DNA of 60,642 nucleotides, the filler included, from Sphacelaria rigidula (lineage: Eukaryota): NCBI GenBank assembly GCA_964200075.2. It is 8 parts of 8 records of this genome, joined end to end, with 100 filler letters (N's around TTAATTAATTAA, not from the genome) between each part and the next. Parts side by side here need not be neighbours in the genome. Positions count along the whole stretch, not along the records: positions 7,594 to 15,086 come from CAXNAA020014672.1; positions 15,187 to 22,679 come from CAXNAA020014673.1; positions 22,780 to 30,272 come from CAXNAA020014674.1; 5 more parts are not named here. One strand, given 5' to 3'. The notes beneath the pieces are model-generated. The model saw only the letters and a program-made list of their open reading frames with translations. It did no database searches and was not told where the DNA came from. The number at the start of each line of letters is the position of its first letter. Within the stretch, counting starts at the first letter, position 1. A program made the translations under genes and the position numbers. Positions 12,076 to 23,670 of the stretch are shown here, in pieces.

Positions 12076-12949
12076 CGGAACCCGATGAACCCGGAATTTA
12101 CGCGATTAGACGTTTTTCAACGCCCGTTTACGCCCTCGACCTCCAGTGCCCGGAAACCGGTATGCATATGGGAGGACCTCGCCCTCTACCATATGACGCC
12201 GTCTTGGATGGGTTAAAGCCAACTACCTCCGATTTTTTCGATGTTCGCACTTTCGGTACTCGCGCGAAACTCTTCGCGGAGACACCTCCAGTCACCCACC
12301 TTATCTCCGACAACACGCGCTCCCGGTCTGCCGCCCGCACCACACCGAGTGCCTCGCCGCCACCGACAACACCTGCAACCTCTATGAGCCACCCAGCACA
12401 AGTTCCACGGATCAACACACAAAGCTCCGCGAAAACTTCTGCACCGTGCGCCACGCGCCGCGGACAATCTTCGCCGCGCACTGATACAACCCCGCCGCCA
12501 ATAACGGCGCCGCAAACATCTCCTGCCCCCGAGCACGGAACTGACGACTCGTCTTCTGCTCCCGGGACAGATATTGTCGTCGGTATCTCTGCCCCGTCGC
12601 CTATTCCCCCGCCGCCTGCTCTACCATGTTTGGTCGGCTTGCCAGCGGAAGGTCAACTACGCGAGTTTCTCGCCAGCTACTCCCATCGCGATTGGGCTCG
12701 CGAACAAAACGCAGAACCGCTATGTCGCGCAGCCATCCGGTACTTACAACTCGACTGTCCAGTCCCTTTTCCGTCCACACTTCTGGCCCCGGTTGGGACA
12801 CTGCCACCACCAGTTATTTCTGACGTATACGTGCGTAAAGGCACCCTTTTTACTACGGATGAAGGCGTGCAACTACTCGTACGTCGGCCCACGCCTTTGA
12901 CAATCGCAATTGCCGCCTCAATTACGGGACGCACCGCACGACTACTCAA

Positions 12950-14875
12950 TGACGAACCAACACGCATATATGTGCCATTATTAATGCGCCCCTGGGTCAT
13001 GAAAGGCTGCCACATAGACTTGTCATGTCACCTTGGCGTCACCCGCACCCTCGCGCTCTTGGAATGCTTCTACTGGTGGGTTGGCATGGAAGTTTCAACC
13101 CGCTTCTGGATTCGGCGATGTTTAAATGCCAAGCCCGAAAAACTTCACGACAGACAGTACGCTGGCCCGCCATCTCCGTGGGACTCCCCAATGAGCCCGG
13201 CCACCTTGTGCCCTTTGACTACTTTGGCCCTCTACCGACCACAGGTCGCGGCAACACCCACATCTTACTCTTCACTGACCGCTTTAGCCGCCACGCGTCC
13301 ATGTACGCGGTAACCGCCGCAGATTTCACTGCCGCCGGAACGGCCGACATACTGGTTCACGATTACATTAAGCACTACGGTTGTCCAAAGCGACTACTTT
13401 CAGACAATGGTGAGCACTTTTGCTCAGACCTCTCTGATGAGCTTTACAAGCTCCTGGACATCCGCAAAATTGCCACTAGCGCCTACCACCCAAACGGTAG
13501 CGTTGGTACCGAAAGAGTTAATCACACCATGGCCCAGATGCTCTCTATGGTTGTCAATGACCGCCAAAATGACTGGGATCTACATCTCTCGTACATCATG
13601 TTGTCCTACAATAACTCGGTTGATGCCGCCACAGGCCTTTCTCCGAACGAACTCCATCTTGGACGTTACCCTCGGCTGCCTATCACCGTGTTTGAGCGCC
13701 ACACGTTCGACGGCCACCAAGGATTGGATCAGGATCAGATGCCCTACCACGAGCTAGCGCATGCACAACAATGCAAAGCGTTCACCCTCGTGGGCGAACA
13801 ACACGCTATCAACGCCTCGCGCGCAGAGAGATCTAACACTGCTCTCTACAACCTCATGCACAAACGCCCTAAGTGGAAAGTTGGCGATTGGGTGTGGATG
13901 TACAATAGTTCGTCGACCACCCGCCAAGGCACCAGCAAGGCAGCCAACGAAACAATTTTGGAGACAAAATTGTCCCTCAATTGGACAGGACCCGTCAAGA
14001 TCCTAACAGCCGGACCATCGTCATCATCACCGGATGAACAAGCCGTTTTAGACAAACTGCTCTATCTCGACTTGCCTCGCGACTTCCAGGGTAAAGACAA
14101 CAAGCCCCGCGTCTCCGTGCACAGATGCAAACCCTGCACGAACCCGCATGATACAAGTGACATGCCCAAGTACCTGTCTGCCGGACTCACAGAGTGTGTT
14201 CTCAACAGCTACTCGATCAAGTCCCTGCCCTACCACGTTACAACCGACGACGTGGCGGAACAGCCCCTTCGATTGACCGTGTCCACCATCTCCGGCCACC
14301 AAATCACCCGTGGTCGAGGAGGCAAGATCGCTGTCATGTGTAAGACACACTGGCACGGTCTCCGGAGAGCGCCTTGGGAACTCGAATCCGACCTTCAATT
14401 GCACCGGCGTGCAATCCTCCTGAACTGCATGCAATCCCAACATCATCATCTTGCTTACAACAAGAAATATCGTAACATGCGTCGTGGCGAAGCAGCCTGC
14501 GAACTTCACCGCGATCAGGGACTACGCTTCGTCGCCGATGGTTACGAACTTGTACCCACCAAGACTTGTAAGACGAAGTTCTTCGCGAACCAGCGACTCC
14601 TGCCCAAGGGCAGCTACCTTTGGTTTAAAGGCAACGACAACCTCTGGTGGTTGGGTCAGACCCACTCCGCTACCCTGGTTTCGGCCGACACGTACATCGT
14701 GCGCTTCATCGATGACCCTGGACCCATACAGCTCAAGCTTCGGCCAGCACTATACACCACCAGCCCATCTGCACCGCGCGGATCCTGGTGTCTCCAGCGC
14801 CTCAAGTCCAAAGGACTTCGCCGCGGTCTCCAGCGCAACATCGACCACACCCACGACGTCCACGCCCCGCTTTGA
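12950..14875 (+). pseudogene. pol: Integrase: HHCC, DDE core, GPY/F, chromo-like and additional C-terminal domain
   Basis: CH...HLGVTRT...C.KC (frameshift near 13122), DYFGPLP, FTDRFSR, LSDNG, AYHPNG...ERVNHT, WTGPVKI. Confidence 0.93.
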
Positions 14876-15762
14876 ACCGCGCTTCCTTGTCGCAACTGTT
14901 GCCCCACCCCCATTTTTTTCCGTCAGCAGTGTCTGCCCTCACCTCTCCACCAGGACCCTCTTCTACGACACCACAACAGCGCGGCCTACATCGGACGACG
15001 ATCAAGAATAACTGAGACGACCACTACCTACGACTGCTGGAGCTAGAGTATCCCCTTCAACTGACGCTCGATCTCGTTGGATCACCNNNNNNNNNNNNNN
15101 NNNNNNNNNNNNNNNNNNNNNNNNNNNNNNTTAATTAATTAANNNNNNNNNNNNNNNNNNNNNNNNNNNNNNNNNNNNNNNNNNNNTTCACCAAAACACT
15201 ACCACATGACTGTGCAGGGCTTTGCCGACGTGCCTACACAGGGCTGCAAATCCAACCCTGGGGAAAACCCTATCAAAACGCTGCCACGGGTACAGATTTT
15301 GCATTTCACTGTCGGGTTTTTTTCACAAAGACTGTGGAGGGCCCTGTACGGACCCTGCACAGGGCGCCCCACAGGGTGCTATCTGTCCACGTGTGCCGGT
15401 CGTTCAGTACAGCAAGGTCACACGCCGAGCCATTCCTGACTGGCTTACTTGGCCTTGTTGCCCCCCTCTTTTCTGACAGGACAAGTTTTCTACTACAGGT
15501 TTGTTGCAGAACAACGCTGCGCAGGGTGCATCGTTGCTCACAGTCAACTGCTGTTTCTGACTCGAGCCTTTGCCAAGCCAGCAACCTGCCACTTTCACAC
15601 TTCAGTATCGATTGTACACGACCTATTGCATCCTTTTGTTCACGGGTCGTTGCGTAACACAACCCGCGCTTCCCCAACGGGTGACCGCGAACATCTGTAC
15701 ACGAGATTTGTACCCGTTCTGGCATTTTCGCTGTGTTGCGATATACGTCACTCGTAGTTAAT

Positions 15763-15810
15763 TTGTTGTTGTTGCTGTTGCTGTTGTTGTTGTTGTTGTT
15801 GTTGTTGTCT
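15763..15810. repeat. (GTT)n microsatellite
   Basis: ttgttgttgttgctgttgctgttgttgttg... tract. Confidence 0.9.
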
Positions 15811-16795
15811 TCTAGTGTGCTTCGCACATCTGGAGAGCGACGCCGTACATCACCGCGATAATTAACAATACACAGCCTAACCGACTGTGAGATTTTATCA
15901 TTGAACCCATCTCGGCCAAAAACAATTAATTATTCCGAGACACGTTCCACTCGCGATAATACGCGCCTGTGACATTCCAACCTACCAGTCGCTAGTTGCT
16001 CTTCCTCATAACCCAGTTGTTGTGGCGATTTTCAAAGCTACGCTTTAGTTGGCACGCCGCATTGATAAATTTCAGACCTACGTTACCTGCTCACTTGGAG
16101 CACACGGCACTCAAAACCAGTGCCCCTTTGGTGTGTAACTCTTTTTCGGGACACGCCCTCAGGGTTGCCCCTGCTGCGCACTACTTCATCTTTGTTACCA
16201 CGCCGTTGTGTGACACCCCTCGTGCTGCACTACGCCGCCCGATCGTACGGTCTCCATTTCGAGCTTTTGCTGAAGCTTTTGTGCTGCCCTACGCCGCACG
16301 ACCCTTCGGTGCTCATTCACTTTTTTCTAAGCACCGCCAGTCGTTCCCCAGTTTGAGCCGGGGTAATACAGTCGTGGTCGGCCCCTGACACCGACACTGT
16401 AAACACGTGTGAGTTGTACTACTTTCAGGTACCAACGCCGACATAGTCAACTGGATTTGTGCATTTTTTACGCCTGCCTGTTCTGTGCGCGATCCCAGAC
16501 TCCCGTTGCTAGCTTTTACCACCGCACCTTCGATAGTTGTATTGGAAAGAGTTCCGACGTTGTTGTTACATACAGCAACCAGCTTGAATAACAATACCCG
16601 AAGTTCATCAGGTCCTAAACGAAGGCCTCTCAAGGTACTATTAAGCTTCGCTATCTAGTATTTCTGGATTCACGCTTTGAATATTGATAAGCGAGTTCAT
16701 CTCCTTCCAAGCGAAGGTCCTTCCAGGCGCTGCTAGGCTTAATTGCTCCGTATTTCTGGGTACAAGCTTCGACCGTTGTACCTAGCGCTTCTGGT

Positions 16796-19700
16796 TTGAA
16801 ATCTTTTGATATCAGTAGCGAGTCACCTTCGACTACTCGACGAACATACGCGAGCGCTACTCGATCTTCGGGATTTGAAGATCAACTTTCGAGCGCTGCT
16901 CATCCTTCGGGACTTGAAGAGATTGTGACACCGCGACCTGCTCTCTCCAGTACCGATTCGGACTCAGAGAACAGGACTGTGCCACCGGCTGAGTCATTGG
17001 CCCCTGACAGACATGTCAGCCAATGCATAACGGTAGATTCCGTAGCACCCCCCTCGCTGCGGCCTGTTCTTCCGGATCCCGATATGGATCCCGATATGGA
17101 ATCCGAAGACAGGAATGTGCCCCCCGCTAAGTCGTTGTCCCTGACCACACGTGTCCAGCATGGCCCTGTAACGTTGCTTCATCCGTGGCACCCCGTCGCA
17201 CAACGGTTGACAAATCTCGAGGCGACTCAGTCCCGACGAAGCGTATCGCTTCTGGAGCAAGAGATATTGTCACGCAGGTTGCTTTTGTTACGGACCCCAA
17301 TCGCACAACTCTCGGCAATCCAATGCGCCCTTCTTTGCAATCCAGTGTCGGACCCGCAGTCGCGGCCATTCATTCTGCCCTGCAGAATCTACCTCGCCCT
17401 TCTTCGGCGTCAGCGGACACGCCAGTCCCACCTCTAATTGAGTCATTTACAACTTTTTTCCACGCCGCGTTCCAAGACCAACTGACCTCCGCTCACGTGC
17501 ATTCAATGATGACTCTGCACCTACCGCGCCCAAAATCATACGTTTGGCGCCCCAATCGGCGACACCGTGTCCTCCGTTTGTCTCTCATGAGAGTTTCAAC
17601 GAACACGAGTCCAGCCACTCCTCCACTTTACACCAAAGTCTTGCTCGCGGTTCTGGTCGAGCCCGCACACAGACAGTTGGTCACGAACACGTCACCCGTG
17701 CTGGCAGCCCCAAGGACAACTCCTGGCACAGCTCCGATTCCTCGCGCGTTTTCACACGCCCGAAGAATGTCGCTCATGGCCGCACATACGAAGGTAGTTC
17801 ACGGCACAGCTCTAATTCATCGCGCGCCGCCACGCGCCCGATGGATGCCAACCATGACCGTACTCACGAGGATAGTTCGCGGCACAGATCGAATTTACTG
17901 CGCGCCCAATGCGCTCCAAGAATGCCGATCATGCAACCGCGCGCACCCCTCCTGCTCCGCCTCGGTCACGCCGCCGTCATTTACGCAATGATTATACCGT
18001 ACATGCTGCCGACATTCAGGATATATTCTCGGACATGTCACCAGCTCTTGAATCCTCAATGGAGGGATCCAGCTGTAATTTATCGCACAACCGACGACCC
18101 AGCACTGACCACAAACCCCCGTCCCATTCTGATGCTGCGACCATTTGCTTTCTGCAACAACAACTCGCAGATATCAAGCGAAGATTCGCCAAGACAAATA
18201 TGGACAACAAAGGAGTACCCGCCGCGCCTGCCGTCACGGCTGCTACTATCACGGCTCCCACCACAGTTGCCGCCCCGTCTGCCGTCGACACCGACGCTGA
18301 CAGTGGGCCCACAACTGATCCCGTCACGGATGTCCCCATGCCCCCGACTCCGTCTGTGGAAGCTCACCCTCCGCTCGGTGACGAGCAATGTCCGACTGGC
18401 CTCATCTTGAGGCTTTTCAGGAACCGTTCCCACGCGGAACAATCGGCGCTGATCAACGATTACGCCTCGGAAGTGCCAGCGCTCGCCAGAGATATCCTCG
18501 ATCAACAACGCGCGGCTGACGCTGCCGCTGCACGCCTCCTCACGGCGGAACATGCTGACAGGCAACGGGACCTTCAGCGGCAGGCCTCACACGCTCATAC
18601 GACGAACATGGCTGCGCAACGCGCCCTTCAGGAAGGTCGCACGGCTGCCATGGCGGCCCAGAAGCGGGTGCGGGACCTGGAAGACCATGTCCGACGGACC
18701 GCTCACGACGCGGCTACATCGGTTGCCCGCCTGACCAACCATCAGGCCTCTCCGCCGTCCGCCGGCAACCTGCTCAGTGGTCGCCCTCCTCCCCCGCCTT
18801 CGGTCCACACGGCCCAGTCCAAGACCGGCCAGTCGACTTACAAAATCCCACGCAAGTCCGACCAACTCTTTTATGCTGCGGCCACCACCGTCCCCAAGAC
18901 GGCCCCAACACCCCCGCTTCGAGCAGCTATCTCGGCTGCCAATGCCGGCCCAACACCAGGCCTGCAACTCACTCACCACGAACGACTGTGGCTTACTCGT
19001 TCCGCGGCCGACTTCACCAGCCCGTTTTACAAGACAAACCACTTACACTGCTCCCGCCAGGCTTGGAACTTGGTGTCCCAACGCTTACACCGCGCTGTTG
19101 GCCTTTACGGGGACCAGGGCGGATTCTTCCCCGACGACGGATGCCATCCCCCACCCTGGGCCAACTGGTACTTCATGTGACCATTGGCGTCGGCTCTGAT
19201 CACTCTTATTACGTGGAAACTGTCACAGGTCTCTTTACGGCGCTATGTGCCGCTCATAACTCTGACCCCGACGCCACCGTTGCCGACGATGACGAGGATG
19301 ACGATGGTTGGACTCCCACGAGTGCCAACTGCAGGGGAAAGAAGCCGGCGGGATGACGACGACAACAATGGAGGAGGCTCACGCCGCCGCCATGGCGGCG
19401 GAGGATCCTCCTCGGGCGGCTCCGGACCGAACCGCTCAATCCACAATAACCGCGGCCCGACCCGCAAGAAAACAGGAGGCAATTCTTCCGGACCTTTCGC
19501 GACAGGCTGGAATCGGTCTAGCACAGACCTGCCTCCCTCAGGTTCGGCGACACCCAGGCAAGTGATATCTAAGTTGGCCAATGCTTCGGGTTGCATTTTG
19601 GGTTTATCTGATTTGGACACACCAGACCGTCCATCGTCTTCTACTTCAGCCCGCGCCTTAGCAACCGCTGCGGCCGACAAAGAACGTTCCGAAGCTAGTG

Positions 19701-22610
19701 AAAAAGTAGCTCCCGATTAAGTCGAGTGTGCCCGAGTAGCTGTAATACAGAGACAGTATATTCAGATGGACGTGAAAAAGCTTTGGCATATCAAAAACGT
19801 GCCTGCTGCGGATAACGAAGATTCGGGACAGTTTACTGCTGCCCTCTTCACATCCATTCGTCGTACAGTTTGCAACATCCTTCACTTGGCGGATGCAACT
19901 GGCGTCCAACGCTTTGAAGATCCCCGTTGGGTAGACGGCTGGCAGACCCCATTGCATAAAGCATTGCATCGATCCATCAGCCGCCGCTCTCCCGACATCG
20001 TTGCTTCCTGAACACAGATTTTCGACGGCTTCCTCGCCGAAATGGATCCATATCGTGCCAAGGGGAAGACAGGCCCGGTATTGCTCTCTGATATGGAAAG
20101 GCATCTGATAGGTTTTTTAGACACAAGTGACCAAGCAAGTGCTATCCAGAGGCTGCATTCTTTTGCTGTCGCATCGGATGTCCCCGTCACGGATTATCGC
20201 GAACATAAGCTTTTAGTATCCGGTACTACGGGTGTCGGACGCCAAAACGGGCCGAGCGACGCAATGTGTCAGACTCAAATTCGCAATAGCGTTGCTCAAT
20301 AGTATTCGGCCCTGATGCCGTCGTTGTTTCCGGGTGTCTTGGCGCATCGCGAGGTGCCTTACGCCTCCGTTGGTGCTATGTGATCTGCTGCCGTACACTA
20401 AGAGGGTAATCTAACGCCCGTCATTCGTGACAAGCCTTCTACGTCTCTGCGTTCACAACCTACGGTTGTGTCCTCCGCTAATGCCTAACCAAGGGTCTCG
20501 CGGTAGGAACTCGAGTTCATCTCGCGCTTCATGGACCCCCGACTCGGTCGCCGGTTCAGTTATGCATGTTCAGAGTAACAGAGATGTATTCAGTGCGAGT
20601 TTTGATGGTTGGCCGTTCTCCGAAGAAACTTGGGGTGATGTATATTTGACTTCAACAACGGTATTCATTAAAAATTATCCCCATTTATGGAACCAACTTC
20701 TTTCGTCCCCTGCTAGACGCCATGCCTTCAGCAGTCATACCAACAGTTGCATCAACTGTAGTATTCAAGTCCATAGTACGCACGACTGCGACAGTCCATG
20801 CATCAATACCTTTAATCTCATGAACCCTGAATTACAAGACAATGAGCCCGCGTGGCGCCGATGGCAGAAACGCATGCGCGACTATCGCCCACCAAATCGA
20901 AATTATCGTAATAATTCGAATCAACGTGGCAAAAAATACTCTTATCGCGGTCGCCGACAAAACAACAATAATGCAAGCCTTCGCCAGAACGATCAAAATT
21001 CTCTCGACAACAAACGGTCCGCTGATAGACACCAGCGGACGGGACCGACACAGAACTCGAATCCCAACACAAGAAACCCTGGTACCTTCACTACGGATTG
21101 CATAGACCCATGACGTGCCAACGCTGGCGTTCCAAAATCTTCCTCGCCGCCGAGAGCACCAGCGAATATTTTTTCAACACAGCCCGCGGAGTCCATGACT
21201 AAAATTTCTCACCCGACGCCCCCGGCGTTATCCAGGAGCGCATCTGAAGGCCGTTCAAATCGACCCCCGTCTGTAACCTCCACACACTTTCCGACACAGT
21301 CCGCAGAGCCCGCGACTACGATTGTTCGCCCGGCTCCCCCGGCACTATGCAGGAGCGCAACTGATGGCCGTTCATATCGACCCCCGTCTTCACCCCTCCA
21401 CACACCGCGTAAGAGTTGTGTCACCCCGCGACTCCGACTTACACCCGGCCCTGAACTTGGTCCTTCAGTGCCGAGTATAAGTCTGAGGTGTGAGAGGACC
21501 AACCGCCAGTCCCTCAGGCAAAGGCTTCCCTCAGCGAGGGCACGCACATGTAGTAGCAAGCCTTTTTCAGCTGACCCAAGTGTTGCTGATTCGAACTTGA
21601 CCACATCGGATCATGTAATTCCTAATCAGCTGGATCGAGCTCCTTCCCCGCATATTTCAACACGCACGGACCTACCTTCGGCCGGTTCTAATAACAACCG
21701 CCCCAAAATACCTTCGGCTATGACCTTCCAGCCAAGCTTGCCGACGGAAAGCAGCCCACAAATTTCGCTCGATCATGCCCCGACGCTGACCCCATCCACG
21801 CTACTGGACTCAGTTGTGGTTTCATACCAAAATGTTTTGGAAGTTCCCCGACCTTTCTCACGGCGAAAGAGAAAGCTCCGTAAGCATGCCCCCAAGGACG
21901 CGCGCGCATCATCACGTACACCTCTTTCGAGCGGGAATCCTCGACCTTAATCTCTCCAAAATGCGACGAGTTTGAGCTCGACGGCTCTATTAAGTATCAC
22001 GGAAGAAACAAAATCACATGTTTTTGACGGCACAACTTCTTCAATCGACGACTCCAGCCCCGCACATTCTGGATCCCCCTTGGACGGAATCCTTTCAACC
22101 AAAGACTGTTGCCGAGATAGCCCCCCCCGAACCGGCCGAAAACGTGCACGGAGGCGCTGATCGTAAATGCCGTTAGCGCTGGTTTCGTGCTTCACGACGC
22201 GACTCATGTGGGCGTTATAGCTGATTTCGGACTGCTACGACCCGGTCATGTGAGCGGAATCGCTGCGAATGAGCCCAATAGTGGGATCGCAGCCGGTTTG
22301 TCGCACGGTCTCCCGTGCACTTTTTGTGGGGGAGGCTATCTCGGCATTAGTCCAAAGACGATCATTTACGAAATCGCTCATGGTCACTCTGACCGTGCCA
22401 CACCTGGAAATAATATGCCGTCGACCCCCTTCTCTGGTGAGAAATCTGACCCACCCGCGGATCACCCGCCGTGCGTTTTTGCTGTCAGCCCGGCTGATCC
22501 TGACCAATTTCCCCTGACGGAACACGGTCCGGATCTTGTCGGCGGTACAGTGTCTGTGGATCCGGCCAATTTCATCACACGCGTTGCGATCCATTCTAGT
22601 CCAAACGCTA
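16796..22610 (+). mobile_element. Degenerate Ty3/Gypsy element, copy B (same family as copy A): long gag, spacer and protease N-terminus; 5' boundary uncertain
   Basis: 20000-22610 aligns nearly throughout with 7594-9950 (shared DTSDQASAIQRL, CINCS.Q.H...DC, PDLVGG.VSVDP). Interrupted at 22610 by a TA-flanked insertion. Confidence 0.92.
17909..21113 (+). pseudogene. gag: Very long gag-like ORF broken by stops and frameshifts
   Basis: ORFs 17909, 19184, 19766 and 20042 share one frame. Contains an Ala/Arg-rich helical segment, a Gly-rich linker, a gag core and CINCSIQVHSTHDC, ending at TGA 21111-21113. Confidence 0.75.
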
Positions 22611-22679
22611 CGAGCTGGGCCAGCCTAGAGGCGGATTTGAAGTTTGCAGGCCCATGCTCTTTTATACATTTAGAGTTGG
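22611..22679 (+). mobile_element. End of a TA-targeting DNA element inserted into Gypsy copy B; second copy starts at 51733
   Basis: TA|cgagctgggccagcctagaggcggatttgaagtttgcagg here and TA|cgagctgggccagcctagaagcggatttgaagcttgcagg at 51731. Homology to copy A stops exactly at the TA. Confidence 0.75.
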
Positions 22680-22779
22680 NNNNNNNNNNNNNNNNNNNNN
22701 NNNNNNNNNNNNNNNNNNNNNNNTTAATTAATTAANNNNNNNNNNNNNNNNNNNNNNNNNNNNNNNNNNNNNNNNNNNN

Positions 22780-22990
22780 ACACCTTCAACATTCCGGCGC
22801 TCATTACGTTTCTTCCATACATTACACAAAAACCTTTTACATATCTTATTCCCGTGGAGGAGGGGGGGTAGGGGTAAGGGACGTACCCCGGAGGTGAGTA
22901 TTTTTTGGGGGGGGGAGGGTATATGGAGTATCAGGCCCTCCAGGGTACACACCCTGGGCTTCTCTCGGCTCCTGAAAATACTCAGCATTC
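22780..22990 (-). repeat. Dispersed repeat, possibly a LINE 3'-end remnant; opposite-orientation copy at 30373-30435
   Basis: gctcattacgtttcttccatacattacacaaaaaccttttacatatctta is the reverse complement of taagatatgtaagaggttcttgtgtaatgtatggaaaaaacgtaatgagc. Translates ICKRFLCNVWKKRNER, similar to the W..RN motif of LINE ORF2 C-termini. Confidence 0.55.
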
Positions 22991-23009
22991 ATAGTACGCC
23001 TGCCGAAAA

Positions 23010-23372
23010 TGTGTTGTGTTGTGTGTGCTGTCATCCCATCTATTCTGGACGCCAGTCTGCACCTTTCGGTATGTGTGAGCGCATCAGCCGGGGTCATAAG
23101 GAAGAAGGCTAACACGGGATTTTTTTTTTTTTCAACACTCCACCATCCTTCTGCGGTACGTACTTCCATTCATTTTGTTTAATCGCGAGAGGGGTTCAGG
23201 AGTCCCTGTCCCTCGTCGACCGTCGAGTCGAATTTTGTGTACCCATGGCATCGTCGCTCTCCACTGTTAAGTCCTGTGTGAGAAAAAACGCGTGACGGCA
23301 ACGAGATTCGAACCCACAATCCAACCGCCAGAAGGTTTCGAGGTCACCAACTCAGCTGCCGGGGTGACCGGC
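23010..23372 (-). mobile_element. tRNA-headed SINE, copy 1
   Basis: Minus strand reads gccggtcaccccggcagctgagttggt (A box) ... gggttcgaatctcg (B box), with a conserved body and (CAACA)n tail. Homologous to 32348-32700 and 48960-49300. Confidence 0.85.
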
Positions 23373-23670
23373 TTCTCCATATACCTGGTAATACCACAGG
23401 GTACCCAGGATATCGTCTGTTGAAAACATTCAGTGTTTCAGGGTAGTACCCAGGATATCGATAGCTCAATATACTCTGTATCCGAAAAATATCCAGGGTA
23501 TATCGATATCACCCCAAAATACCCTCTTGTGTACCCTATACTTGACCCTCTCACCAATCTACTAATAGTCGATACCCCAAAATACCCTCCTTTGTACCCT
23601 CCACTCAACCCTCTGGCCCACCTCTAAGCACCTACTTTACCCTCCAACCATTTCAGTCGACACCTCTTGA

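Larger units (their letters stand above)
7594..14875 (+). mobile_element. Degenerate Ty3/Gypsy LTR retrotransposon, copy A (gag 3' half-PR-RT-RH-INT); LTRs not seen
   Basis: Domain order PR-RT-RH-INT is diagnostic of Ty3/Gypsy. Motifs are listed in the sub-features. Multiple stops and frameshifts. Confidence 0.95.

Noticed and set aside
14876-15300. Gypsy A and B as a tandem array
   Set aside because: They are separated by an artificial linker, so the adjacency is not real.
15187-16400. Possible 5' LTR and PBS of Gypsy B (e.g. ...gcctgtgaca at ~15973; weak similarity of ~15900 to ~56545)
   Set aside because: No second LTR copy in the window and no clear TGG-type PBS, so boundaries cannot be supported.
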